A stretch of 48,200 bases of DNA, taken from Sarea resinae. Taxonomy: Eukaryota. Both the position numbers and the translations under genes were made by a program. The notes beneath the pieces are model-generated. The model made no database searches, was not told where the DNA came from, and saw only the letters and a list, made by a program, of their open reading frames with translations. Positions 35,465 through 48,200 of this stretch are shown one piece after another (the stretch's first letter is position 1; each line of letters starts with the position of its first letter). The DNA lies in the NCBI GenBank assembly GCA_026026165.1, contig JAPEUD010000115.1, positions 1 through 48,200 of the forward strand, read 5' to 3'.

Positions 35465-36493
35465 CTACCTCGTCGGCGCCGGTAGCGCTGGGCGCGCGGG
35501 TGGGCCCGAGATTTGCTTCTGTCTCTCCGCATACTCTTTGACAATGATTGAGCAATTTGCCTCCGCACACAGACGCTTTCTTCTCTGTGGCGGCAGCTTC
35601 GATGCAAACTCGAGCCCGCTTGCTCTCTCGACAGCCTCCACAGGAACTTCGAAGTCTTGGAGAGGCTTGTGGTTCGGAATAGGGGCATTCGGCAACACAA
35701 AGGCACCTAAGGAGACGTTGCCGCCGGCCTTGCCGTCTTCGGCAAAGATGACCTTGTAAAAATGCGTCGGTACCGCTATGTTGGGAGGTTGACCGATCAC
35801 TTCGTATGACACTCTCCATTTGCCGTCGGGTTCTCTCTTAGGCAGATAAAGAGGCCCCGTCACTATCCGCACCGACGGGTACGAGTCCGTCAGACGCCGA
35901 CAGAAGTCCTCGAAGTGAGCCCAATAGTCCCTGTTAAAGCCGTCTCCCACCTGAGGGCACATATTGCTCAAAAGAAATGTGCTGTCCATGGCGTCCTGGC
36001 TCCATTTTGCATCGGCAGCGGGTACTTGATGGCCCCGATCGTACCCGGAGCGAAAGTAGTCCTTCAGCTTTCCTCGAAACTTTTCTGGTATGGATGCATC
36101 CTCAGCAAAGGCACTGTGTTTCCGGTCTCCGTCTCTTATAGAAAGAGATGTTGGAGTGATATGCTCGGCTACCCATGACGGGTTTCGCATGCGTCGGTCA
36201 TAGCAGGATGTAAGTGAGGTGGCGGGCTTTAAGTCTGCTACTGGGCCGGGAAAGCCGTATTGAAAGAGACCCGACGGATTGACCGGAGCGAGAACTTCTT
36301 TCGCGGGAAGAAGGGGGCTCGCAGGAACGGGCGCAGGACCAGAAGTGGTCGTAGTCGTTGTGACACTAATCGGAGCTGATGCGGCTGCTGTTGGGGCGTT
36401 TCGATCGCCCTTGACAGAATAAAAGGCTGCAGTCGCTGCTGCACCGGTTGCAGCTCCAGCGGCAGCGAAGATAGCAAAGGTAGCTTTCGACAT
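35465..36493 (-). CDS. NUC1: Mitochondrial endonuclease G / Nuc1
   Basis: Intronless; YGFPGP, YDRGHQVPAAD (DRGH catalytic motif), FLLSNMCPQVG.GFNRDYW and IAVPTHFYK. First ATG at 36493. Confidence 0.93.
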   Translation of the reverse strand: MSKATFAIFAAAGAATGAAATAAFYSVKGDRNAPTAAASAPISVTTTTTTSGPAPVPASPLLPAKEVLAPVNPSGLFQYGFPGPVADLKPATSLTSCYDRRMRNPSWVAEHITPTSLSIRDGDRKHSAFAEDASIPEKFRGKLKDYFRSGYDRGHQVPAADAKWSQDAMDSTFLLSNMCPQVGDGFNRDYWAHFEDFCRRLTDSYPSVRIVTGPLYLPKREPDGKWRVSYEVIGQPPNIAVPTHFYKVIFAEDGKAGGNVSLGAFVLPNAPIPNHKPLQDFEVPVEAVERASGLEFASKLPPQRRKRLCAEANCSIIVKEYAERQKQISGPPARPALPAPTR

Positions 36494-37782
36494 GCTGCCT
36501 GAATAATGAAGATTTGACAGATCGCAGACTCGGGGCTTTTCTTGACTTGTGAAAAAGGGAGAGGAGCAGCCTCGAATATATAGCTGCAACGACGTCTCGA
36601 TCACCGGGGAGTCACGAGGTGCATTTGAGCTGCACTCGAGTCCGTTTATTGATGGTCTCGGGATCTTCAACTTTTTGAGTTTCACCGGTTAACGCGCGCG
36701 TGGAATAATGGAAGATCCCGAGTATTGCCATTCTGGTAGCCAAGCTATACTGTATAAACGTACAGAGAGCGAAAGCCGCCATAACTGACTAGACCGAAAC
36801 TCCGCACAGAATCTAATATTAGATTATCTTCCTACCTCCACAGCAAGTACGCTATCTGATCTCGTTATACTAGAGGAGCGATTCATTGAATTATGTGATA
36901 TATCTAAGGGAAGGGGGACTGATTTGAGTAACGTGGTAGGATGAATATCTACTCAGGTGTTAGAGCTAAGTTGACGTGGATTTGTAGTTCACTGACTATT
37001 GATTTTCCTCAATATCAACACTGATATATCAGACATATCAGCTGTGTAAATTTACAACCTACAAACGTATCCGTTTACTAACGAGACGCAACTTAGCGGC
37101 CAAGAACAATAAATCTACAGTATTCAAGAAGGCGATTCACGGTGTCATTATAAGATGATCCTGAGAAATTGAGGTGAATGTAATTTGATATGAGTTGGAC
37201 TCTATCAGACCCAATCAACACGCTCTCGCGTCAGGTTCTCTACAAGTAAGGTATCAAGAAACCAGAGAGGAACGCGATCTACCTATATGCCTCAGAAGTC
37301 TAGAACAATAATAACCCGACTGACCGGCCAATTAAACAAGATGAAAGCGTAAGACTTGTAGAACAATGCTCCTTTTTCCGAAAGCTTATTCCTATCACGT
37401 CTCCATCCAGATGCGGGCTACCGAATTCATTCAAGGAAGGCAAACAACGGTGAGAGCAAACGAGGAGAAGACATCCATGGACGAAGATGATTTGAAAACG
37501 AGTAATGATGCGATGAAGCTTAATGTCATGGGCGACGGGGGGATATCAAAAATGCAGACAATTTCGCTTCAAGCACTGCTGCATGTATATCATCAATGCG
37601 AACGCGACAACCAAACAAAAGCGCCGGAGAACTCCGGCTTTCTTTTTTGCTCAATGGCGGTATAAATTCAAAACAGACGTAACACCGACGGGATTTGCAA
37701 TGTTTCTGAAAGGTCTCGGAAAGTCGTCCGAATTTCGAACGGTAAACCTTGATGTTAAAGTGACATAGCATCAACTCTGCTC

Positions 37783-40700
37783 TTAAATTTTTGCCGATGA
37801 AGTCTTCACCACCTCTGGTTGAGGTGATATATCTTTGTCCTCGGCGGCGATGTCATGGTTTGTACCACTCGAGTTTGACTGTTCTACCATCGCCTCTTCG
37901 GCCGCTTCGATCGGTGCGGGAGATATCTCGTCATCTTGATATGGGAAATTGACGGGAAGTGGCTCCAACTGATCGGTAGTTACATTGGTAGGCGCCAGTG
38001 GGTCTTCTAGAACTTCTGTCGGTGGAGAAGTAGTGAGGTTGGATTGATCGGCCATCGCAGTATGATAGCTGATACTGTCAAACCCGAAGCTTTTCCCTGT
38101 TGTAGAACTCGTTGTCGTTGTCGATGGCCGCCGTACGGCTGCAAATGTCAACGGGGACTCGATTTCCAGTCCCGCAGACGACGCGGACCTTCCATCCGGA
38201 CCCTGCTTCCTCGATTTCAGTCGCTCTTCAGGGCTCATTGCCTGCCAGTCGGATCCGAATGTGACTACAGATGCTTTCTTGCCATGTACGGTAAAGCTTC
38301 CCGTGGCCCTCGCCAACCCTTCTTGTTCTGAGGGCGATTTGGCTTCGTCAGTGACACCAGCACTTGATGTAGAATCCTTGCCTTTCCGACTTCGGTGGGG
38401 CGTTGGAACATGCGCTTCTCTGAGAGTGCGATGAAGGCTACGCCTCACCCTAGAACGGCCTTCTGCGGTGTCGAGTTCTAGTGACTTGCGGTTGTGCCGT
38501 TCTTTGTCTGACTCGTTGGTCGTTCCATTATTGTTTTGATCTGATAGCGTGGCATCGAGTCCCACCAGACCAGCCTCGTCGAACAATCCTTTCGGCTGCT
38601 CCTCCATACGGACTGGCGTCGCTGAGGTTGATGAAGAGTCTGCTAGACTAACCCTGCGAACGTCGCCGCGAGCCGTTGGGGTCAGGAAGGGTGTGACGTT
38701 TGAGTTTTGTTCCCCTGACTTGGTAAGTATGGAATTAGAGTCGGTATTACTAGGTGATTTTTGGCCGTCAAATGTCAGTGGTGGCAATTCCCAATTTCCG
38801 GTGGGTTTGTAGTTGCTGGATTGTCGAGACAGATTTGGGGGAGTTCTAAATATGTCGTCCATGCTGAAATCCGTTTCTCTAGAGTCACGGTGGGAAAGTT
38901 GCTGCGGTGCTGTTGGTGAACGGGTGCTCCTTTGAGGACTAGATGTGATGCTAGACCTAGACTCGAGCCGACCAAGACCTTGCTCAGCTTTTATGGAGTT
39001 GGAGGTTTGTGGCAGCGGAGGACCTGAGGAAACATTCAAGTTTCGAAGCTGAGTGGCGGTCATTGTTTTCTTTTCCTCTTCAAGATCCAGGACTAGGATA
39101 TCCTTGTGACATTTCATGCGCCAGATTTCCATTCTGACCCATTTAAGCTTGGCAGACATGCGCCCAGCGCCCAGCACGAGTTGCTCTCGAGTCTTTGGCT
39201 GGATAGGCGCCAAAATTTGTAGATGACGGGCGTTCCTAAGCTGACCATCCAGCTGCTTTTGGGCGGCAGCAATCTTGACTTCCGCTTCCTCAACCTTCTG
39301 CAGCATTATCTGACGTCTTGCAGCTAGTATTTGCTGAGCGAGCTGGGTGTCAATCTTGCCACTTTGGATCGAGACGTCCCCAGTCGGTGTTTGAACAGAC
39401 TGGCCGGAAGTGCTCGAGTCCATTCTTCGGATACCCCTGCTGCGTTGGCCTTCATAGTTGCCCCCTACGACACCCCTCATACGCACGCCAGCTGTCCTAA
39501 ACGCAGCTGCATAGTTCAACTTGCCAAGCCAGTCATTCAGATCTTCCTCGCTATCCGCCAAAAAAGTCTCTTCGAATCCACCGTGCCGAACGAAGATAAA
39601 TGCATGCTTGTGTCTCTTGTAGCTAGAATCCAATAGTGCAACCGCTCCGTCTGTCGACATTAGAGCATCCGGCTTGAAAGCTTCTAATGGAGGCTTGAAA
39701 GTGACCGGAACACCAGCATGACCGTTCTTGTGATGGGCCTCGTATTGATGCATCAGGCTTTTGGCCCAAGCGGTATTGCGGAAGAAATATAACTGAGACC
39801 CGGTCAGAATGGCGCCCCATTCTTGCCATGGAGAGCGAGCTTTCTTCTTTCTCGCTTCTTTGCGCCACAAGATCCCAACTTTGGTGACCTTGATGTCAAC
39901 TACGCCAGGATGAGCTTCGTCAGGGTTCGTGATGGTCATTGGTGACATGAAAGCCTCCGGTCTGGACCTTGCCGACACGATCTGGAGGACTCCGGACCTG
40001 AAAAAAGTCTTCTGGAGGTTTGCCAAATCCAAAGAGCCCGCAGTCCCCAGATAGTTATACGGATCGTCCAAGTGCATCACGTCCCCAAGAGTGGGCCGAA
40101 GACTCTCCAACTTATTGTCTAGGATAAGGGCGTAAGGGTCGACGGGCTCCCGAGATGTTTTCTTGATTGAATCAGTACTGGCGCCCATGAACATGGTCCG
40201 ACGGGCTTTATGAGCCACTATTCTCTCTCCATTGATATCCAAATCATCCTCCACGTGAATGAAGGGGGTATACGAAATATTGTCGTAGAAGCATTCGAGA
40301 ATATCATCTGCAATGCCTTCTCCTTGAGTGTTCTTCACATAGTCATGCCTCTGCATTTTGTGCTTGTTGTTTTTGTTGAACACGTCGGTATGAAGAATCA
40401 ATATGGAGAAAGCAATAAAGTATGCTTGATCTGATAGACATTAGCGCACTGGTCCGGAGAACATTGATGGATGGCTCACCAGGTGATGCGTATATGCCGG
40501 GATTGCACTCGTGATACCGATCCGCAAAAGCTTGGAGGACTCTGTCTATCTGCTGCGTCTCTTTCGGCAGTTCTACTTCCATGAATAGCTTTCTGATTGC
40601 CATATCAATGGGGTCGCCAAAGAACGCAAAGCCTCGCATGTAACTTCTGAGTACTGCTTGAGAGAAAGGGTCGTTGGACTTCGACATGATGCTGGCAACC

Positions 40701-42259
40701 ACACCTCGACTTACAGCCTGCTCTAAGCGGGCAAGGTATTTAGCAGGAGTGTCGTCATCCTCCCTTTCCGGAATATGAACGGGTTCATCTCGACTGAGGC
40801 TGAGAGAATGCGGCTTCGAGTCGATCGAACCAGGGGTGCCAGGCGTTGTGCCGGCGCTGAGATACTGGCGAAGAAATGCAGGCTCTGAGTTATTTCTAAT
40901 CCGATTTGAGAGATGCAGAAATCCACCAAAGCTGCTTCGTCCCGTGGTCGAAGTGGATGTACGACCGGATGTTGGCATTGGAGTGGTGGAAAGAGATGCA
41001 TCGTCACCATGATCGTTTAGAGAGCCCATAGTCGATGATCGCCCTCTGTTATCGGGTCTTCTTTGGCCTCGCAATCCCGGGATAGAACGTGCAGAGCGAG
41101 TCGATGTTGAATCCTGGCGCATTAGTGGAGCAGCGGGCACTGAGAAGGATGTGGAGGTAGCCGCCAATGCAGAAGCGGAGGGGGACTGAAGAGGTGACAT
41201 TTCTTCACCCTCGCGACTCTCTCGAGAGGGACGGTGCAACGCGGTGGTGGGGGGAGATTCGATGGAAGCGGAGCGAGTGGGAGAGTTCGGTGTCGTTGCA
41301 CTGGTCGATAAACGCGGCGTAGCGGCGCCCGACGCCGTCGAAGATGGGGCGGGTGGAACTTTCATAGGCAAAGGGAACAAATGACCTCCATTCTTCTTTC
41401 GCCGAGGGAGTCGGAAAAAGGTTGTGGTAGTGGAAACCGTGTGTGTCGTAGTGGTCGTTGCGTATGCAACTTGTTCTGCAGAGCTGGCATCAGATCGGGA
41501 CGACTCTGATAATCGGAAGACTGGTAACGGGAGAGAAGTATTCGATTCGTCGCCATAAGCTGGAGGAGCTCCATTGTGATTCGCCGCAACAGTCCTCTCC
41601 GGCTGGTCAAATGTGACTCGAGACGGCCTCGAGCTTCCTGTTGTAGAGGACCTCGATTTTGACCCGATATTCTTCTCAGATACTGACTTACCGTTCGGCA
41701 ATCCTTCGGGAGATTTTGCAGGCGTCTGCTCAGTCAGTCGAGCAGGTAGTCTGAGTATCTGTCGAAGTTTTTGAGGACGATCCATCGAATCCGTAGTGGG
41801 AGAAGTAGTCACGATAGCGGGAGCTACTCATTCGGATGGTTAGCTTATCCTAGTCTCTCTTCCGTTTCGATGTGAACTGCCGGACTCACTATCAGGTAAG
41901 GCCGGGACCGGAGGGACTGCCTCCTCAGACTGCGCTTTAGCTCTCAATGCAAGCTGGGAATCCGAGGCGTGCCTGAATTTCAGCATGCTGAATCGTCTAT
42001 GCCTCGGTGTCTGTTCCTGTATGGGAGGACTGGCGGGTCGGTCGGATATCGATGGTCGGGCGCTGCCAATGGATACCGCAGGAGTACCACTATGGGATGC
42101 TGGTAAGGGAATGTCTGTTGGAGGAGAAAGTAGGGAGGATTGAGCAGGGCCGCGGTGGAGCTGCTCGCTGTATCTGATGTCTTCGGGATGTTCTGGAGAT
42201 TTTCCCTGAACCAGCTCTGCCTCATTATCGCGAGTGAAACGGAGACCCTTCCAAGGCAT
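37783..42259 (-). CDS. Sec7 and PH domain ARF guanine-nucleotide exchange factor (Syt1-like)
   Basis: Sec7 motifs PIDMAIRK, ELPKETQQIDR (glutamic finger) and AFSILILHTD..N; PH domain KVGILWRK...WQEWGAILT...DWLGKLNY. Introns 41889-41824 and 40480-40430. Confidence 0.88.
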
Positions 42260-43565
42260 AATGAACGAGGACGCTTCCGCCGAGTCCTTGACAGACTAGA
42301 CCTTCATGGAATGGCCACCCAGACCGCAATGTGGGAAACCGGGCGCTTCTTCTCAACGAAAAGACGATTCTCAGTATTTTATGGGCATCATTTCCTGCCG
42401 AAGGGAAAAGGGAGGCGGCGTGGTGAGGAATTCCGAAATCCGAATTCAGCCGCGCGATCCTTTTTCCACGTAGAATAACTCAATGACAACGATAACAACA
42501 GACGGCCGACATCCTCACGAGTCTCTCAAAAGGCCCGGCGATGGCGCAGAGGTGCGAGCTGAGAGAGGGAAAATGTCGAATATGACGACTTGGTCGTAGG
42601 AAATTCAAGGACGTTGCTAGGTCAGGTCGATGGGCAGTTGAGGTTCGTGGTCGCCCGGGGTCGCTCGTGGCCGCTCGTGGTCGCCAAATACCAAATAGGC
42701 ATGGAGTCTCACTGGACTCGTACGTTCGGGGTATAGTAACACTGGCGGAAGGTGCGAAAGGTACCACAAAGTGACCAAATCCCTAAGGCGAAGGGAAGAG
42801 AGATTACAAGCGGGCGCCCTCTAAGGCGTTACACCAACTTCCAGGTTTCCCTTCCAGGTTCGGTGGCAGTGGAGGTCGGCTACAGGGGATTTAGTAGTGA
42901 GTACCTATGGAGTCCGCCGTGCAGTACCTTAAGGGAGGTGTTTCCAGCTGGAGGGCTGGCTTTCGGGCACCCATCTTCAAGGTAGTCGGCCTAGGACCCT
43001 TCAAAACATGACGATCCACATACACGCGTACAAGTATTGGTGACCGACCACGGTACCTCGTACCTCCTCCCTCAAATACCTCTTCCAGCAGCATCAAGCA
43101 AGTCATCATGTGCGAATCCATACCATTTGCAGTGCATGGTAGGCATCGCCCCTCTGTAACTCTCCTCTTTTCCCCTCCTAGCACCTCCGGTACTGTACCC
43201 TTATCATTGCCTGAACTGGACCTTGGACATACTGTAGTACGCCGGAGTACGGAGTAGAGTCTTGCGCGGTCATGATAAACACGGCGAATGATAGACGAGG
43301 TCCTCGACGGTCGCTGCTCGCGTGCACTACCACCATAAATGGAAGTTGACAGCTCTCATTCCGTGCACGCTGATGCGGGTGCTCCACTACGCAGCTTGAC
43401 TACTAAATTAACCTTACTTACCAACCCACCTTGGCCCTGGCACAGAAGTCGGGCCCGGCCACGATAAGAGGCTGACCATCGAGCAATTGCGTGCTGCCTG
43501 TTGTCTATCATCGAATCTGTTCATTGCTGTCGACTCAACTACCGATTCCGTGGGCGCGCCTCAAG

Positions 43566-45432
43566 ATGCATCGCGGCACGTCCTTCGTGTGCTTCGTAGC
43601 TGCCTTGCTGCTTGGACTGATCGTGACAGCGAGCCCCGCCATCGCAGTCCCCTCACTTGGAAACGGGAGACTACGTCCCTCACATCCCCAGCAGCAAGCG
43701 TCTCTCGAGAACCCGCCGAGGCCGAGTAGGCCGTGGCCATCAAGGGTCCGCGATCATATCATCGAGAAGATATGGACCTTGCCAGAGAAGCAAGGAAGTC
43801 GAGCGAGCAATCGGGAGACCACAGCTGCCGCTCCTCCAACCAGGCTGCTATCGAGATATAGTGAGGATGTCGTCTTGAGATTCAACATCAGTACGGCGGC
43901 CGAGGCCAAATCACTCGCCGAAGCTGTCAATGTGCTTCTACTGGATGTATGGGAGTTCAACGACCAATGGCTAGATATCCGTCTTCGTAAGGACGTGGTA
44001 AGTCTGCTGCCAATTAGATAGCATGCTTCGCGCTGACGATGACTATTCCTAGGTTCCATACTTACTTGGACTTCTACCCTCATCGCTTCAACATGCTCAT
44101 AGGCCTCTCATGCTTGATTTGGCACAAGCCATCTTTGACTCTTATCCTTCGCCCTCCACGCAAGACCGTGGATCGCCCGGCCTTGGACAACATCGATCTT
44201 TCAGTCCGTCTCTCAGACCCTCAGGTGACAGTGAGACAAACATCTTCTTTCAGGATTATCAGCCGTTGTCCGTCATCACCCCGTGGATGCGTCTGCTACA
44301 CTCACTTTTCCCAACACACGTCCGGATGATCAATATTGGAATTTCTTTTGAGGGCAGGGACATTCCTGCTTTACGCGTTGGCGTTCATCCCACGAATGCC
44401 GAGAAGCCAGCTGGTCCGCGAAAGACAATCATCGTAGCTGGGGGCTCGCACGCCCGCGAATGGATCAGTACTAGTACGGTCAATTACGTTGCATACTCTC
44501 TCATTACTGCATATGGAAAGTCAAAGACCATGAACAAGCTGATCGAAGATTTTGACTGGGTCTTCATCCCCACGCTTAATCCCGATGGTTATGTTTTCAC
44601 CTGGGAAAATGATCGACTGTGGCGGAAGAATCGGCAGCAAACCAGCCTGAGGTTCTGCCACGGCGTCGACCTAGACCGCTCCTGGGGCTTCCAGTGGGAT
44701 GGAGAAGCAACAAAGAATAACCCATGCTCTGAAAGCTTTGCGGGAGAAGCCGCATTTGGAGGCGTCGAATCCCAGCGAGTTGCCGAATGGGCGCGAAACG
44801 AGACTGAGATCAATAATGCAAACATCGTGGCGTTTCTGGACCTCCATTCATACTCCCAGCAGGTGCTTTACCCTTACTCCTTCTCGTGCCAATCAACCCC
44901 ACCATCCGAGGAGAATCTCGAGGAAGTTGCTATCGGCCTGGCGAAAGCTATTCGTATAGCGCGTGGTGAAAGCTACGGCGTCGCTCCGGCTTGCAAAGGC
45001 AGCGTCGTGAGCGATGAGCGGAACGGCGGCAGTATTGTGCACCCTCAAATTGAGAGTGGCGGTGGCAGCGCTTTAGACTGGTTCTATCACGAACTGCGCG
45101 TGCGATATTCATATCAAATCAAACTTCGCGATACTGGCAGTTACGGATTTTTGCTGCCGCAAGAGGAGATTGTACCGACAGGCAAGGAGATTTTCGCAGC
45201 AATCTCTTACTTGGGTAGATACCTTTCGGGCGAACGAGGGATTGAAGCCCACGACATGGAAATCCCGAGCTCGCATGGCGAACCGGGAACTCCAGGTGAT
45301 ATTCTGCACAAAGATACTGAGGAGTCTCACCAATCTGATGACGATGATTATGACGACGCTGCCGGCTTGGATGAAGACGACGATGGATTAGGCGCAATGG
45401 GCTGGGAATTACGACGGCGGCGGCGGCGATAA
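43566..45432 (+). CDS. ECM14: M14 metallocarboxypeptidase-like protein Ecm14 (prepro form, probably catalytically inactive)
   Basis: Signal peptide, prodomain (LDVW...DIRL), HAREW, NPDGY, WRKNR, DLHSY, GSALDW and [15 protein letters not shown]; intron 43998-44052. Confidence 0.92.
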
Positions 45433-46070
45433 GCGGACAGTGACGATAACGAAACCTTTCCAGTCTTATCGGGTATTTGAAGCCTACAGAGCTCCGCTTT
45501 CCATATACTCTGTCGTATGCATTTGGTCTGCGGATTTCTCTTTATTGGCTTTGCCACTTCGGCGTTACAGGCAGCGCATATCAATTCTACCTTGTTTACT
45601 AATATACAATCCTATTCTACTTTCAGTATAGCAATGGTCGTGACGCAGAATCTACTCTTCTCTTTCGCCATCGCGACGAACTCTTGAATGCTATGCAGTA
45701 GACTGTCCAGAGTAGAAGAATGTTGAGACATTATTATTTACGTTACTAGTCGCCGGCCTGAGATTGACGGGGCAGCCCGCACTGATCGCATTGACGGGCT
45801 GCGCTAGAAAAGGAGAGACGGAGAGACGGAGAAACAGTTCTTCCGACTAACCAATCACCGCGCCGCCGATTCCGCTCGTCTCATACTACGAGTACAAATG
45901 ATTTCTCTCGTCCGACCTCCCAGATGACTGATCTGATCCGTCTGGGGGAGAATCGGGAGATTGAATCACTTGGAGATACTCATCTCTGATCCGGGATCAG
46001 ACAACAATTCGAGCAGCATTGAGCTTGAGATTGAGTCTACCGTCTCGTGAGCTCTTTTCGCTGCGCCGAG

Positions 46071-48050
46071 ATGCTTCTTCCACAATTGAGAGCTCGAGTG
46101 GCTCGGCCATGTCCGCTCAAGCTTTCTGCACTTTCCCATTCGACGTAAGTGCTCAAAAAGACATGTTCGACCGTTTTCAGTCAATTGCTCACTTTGCTCT
46201 GATCATGCAGGCGTCTCTTCGCGACCAGCCTTGCCCAACGGAAGGCTGACGATGCTTCGGCCAACCACCAGCTCAACAAAGTCAGCCAGCATGTCACGCA
46301 ACCGAAATCGCAGGGCGCCTCCCAGGCCATGCTCTATGCCACCGGACTGGAGCCGTCGGACATGTCCAAGGCTCAGATCGGCATCTCGTCCGTCTGGTAC
46401 TCGGGCAATCCGTGCAATATGCATCTGCTAGCCCTCAACAACAAAGTCAAGGAGGGCGTAGAGCGCGCTGGATTGATTGGGTATCAGTTCAATACCGTCG
46501 GTGTCAGCGATGCCATCTCGATGGGTACGAAGGGTATGCGATATTCGCTGCAGAGCCGAGACCTGATTGCCGACTCAATCGAGACCGTCATGGGTGGGCA
46601 ATGGTATGATGCCAACATCTCCATCCCTGGTTGTGACAAGAACATGCCCGGCGTCATCATGGCAATGGGAAGGGTGAACAGTCCGAGTATCATGGTGTAC
46701 GGTGGTTCCATCAAGCCGGGTTGCGCTTCCACGCTCGACAATGCCGACATCGACATTGTCTCCGCTTTCCAGGCCTACGGCCAATTCATCACCGGAGACA
46801 TCACCGAAGAGACCCGCTTCGACATTATCCGAAACGCTTGCCCCGGTGGCGGTGCTTGCGGCGGCATGTACACTGCGAACACCATGGCCACCGCCATCGA
46901 AGTCATGGGCATGTCGCTGCCCGGCTCATCCTCCAACCCCGCCGAGTCCAAGGCAAAGGTCCTTGAATGTCTCGCCGCGGGAGGTGCTATCAAGAACCTG
47001 CTCGCCCAGGACATTCGGCCTAGCGATATCATCACACGCAAGGCGCTCGAGAATGCCATGGCTGTCGTCATGATCACCGGCGGCTCCACCAATGCCGTCC
47101 TCCATCTCATCGCCATCGCCGACTCTGTGGGTCTCAAACTGACCATCGAAGACTTCCAGCGCGTCAGCGACCAGGTGCCCTTCCTCGCCGACTTGAAGCC
47201 CTCGGGCAAATACGTCATGGCTGATCTGCACAACATTGGCGGGACTCCCGCTCTTCTGAAATACCTCCTCAAGGAAGGTGTCATCGACGGCTCGGGCATG
47301 ACAGTCACGGGTAAGACGCTCAAGGAGAACCTCGAGAAGGCCCCGGACTTCCCCTCGGACCAGACGATCATCCGTCCGATGAACAACCCGATCAAGGAAA
47401 CGGGCCATATCCAGATCCTGAGGGGCAGTCTTGCACCCGGTGGATCCGTCGGCAAGATCACCGGCAAGGAAGGCCTACGCTTTGTGGGGAAAGCAAAGGT
47501 CTACGACGCCGAAGACGACTTCGTCTCCGCCCTCGAGCGGGGCGAGATCAAAAAGGGCGAGAAGACGGTTGTGGTTATCCGATACGAGGGTCCCAAGGGC
47601 GGACCCGGTATGCCTGGTATGTGCTTCTCGACCACTCCTATAACTTTACTCCTGCCCCCTTCTCCCCCCCTCCCCCTTTTACAATAGCTGACATGCGCCC
47701 GAAAACCAGAAATGCTCAAGCCGTCGTCCGCCATCATGGGCGCCGGCCTCGGCAAATCCGTCGCGCTCATCACCGACGGCCGGTTCAGCGGCGGCTCGCA
47801 TGGGTTCCTGATCGGGCACATCGTGCCGGAGGCGCAAGCGGGCGGGCCGATCGCGCTGGTGCGCGACGGCGACGAGATCGTCATCGATGCCGAGAGCCGC
47901 AAGCTGGACCTCGGCGTCAGCGAGGAGGAGCTGGCGGCCCGCCGCAAGGAGTGGAAGGAGCCGGCCTTGAAGCACGAGCGCGGCACCCTGTTCAAGTACG
48001 CCCGCTTCGTCAAGGATGCGAGTCATGGCTGCATCACCGACGCCGCGTAG
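46071..48050 (+). CDS. ILV3: Dihydroxy-acid dehydratase, mitochondrial precursor
   Basis: Presequence, [56 protein letters not shown] and TDGRFSGG; introns 46145-46210 and about 47617-47709. Confidence 0.96.
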
Positions 48051-48200
48051 ATAAGGTCCATGGTCGATGGTCCATGCGCGGTCGGGTCTGCTGGCTGGCC
48101 GTGTTTTGTCTTCCTCTCGTTGTTCGTCACTTTCTCCCTCTACGTTCCTCCTGCTCGCCTTTCCTCTCTCTCTCACCCTCTCTCTCCCTCTCTCTTACCC

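Noticed and set aside
36800..37300. Slightly AT-rich stretch as a possible RIP-degraded transposon
   Set aside because: No terminal repeats, target-site duplication or transposase/RT remnants visible.
46484..48176. Long antisense ORFs over ILV3 (and similar ones over DRS2, mL46 and the lectin gene)
   Set aside because: Shadow ORFs expected from codon bias on the sense-strand gene.

Overview
Gene-dense, intron-rich nuclear DNA from a filamentous ascomycete. Pezizomycotina is inferred from the GT-AG introns with CTRAC-like branch points and from fungal-type PEX26, ECM14, Sec7-PH and PKA proteins. I reconstructed 20 spliced protein-coding genes by hand: isochorismatase-family hydrolase (cut by the window edge), PHD/RING protein, RPL43, saccharopine-dehydrogenase-like reductase, D-amino-acid oxidase, epoxide hydrolase, pinin-like protein, RDS3/PHF5A, PEX26, PARN/CAF1-family nuclease, DRS2 flippase, CRIPT, mitoribosomal mL46, PKA catalytic subunit, L-type lectin, TIM13, NUC1/EndoG, Sec7-PH ARF-GEF, ECM14 and ILV3. 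I found no transposon, tRNA, rRNA, CRISPR array or biosynthetic cluster, and I cannot support a new multi-gene system; this looks like ordinary housekeeping euchromatin. The best leads are non-coding: a possible unannotated spliced transcript in a microsatellite/poly-G island (about 19.4-20.4 kb), three adjacent hairpins at about 1.3 kb, GTAC-dense patches in divergent promoters, Puf-type 3'UTR elements on mitochondrial genes, FarA-type sites at PEX26, and a stop-free in-frame intron in the PKA kinase domain. Family calls come from recognised motifs, not database searches.
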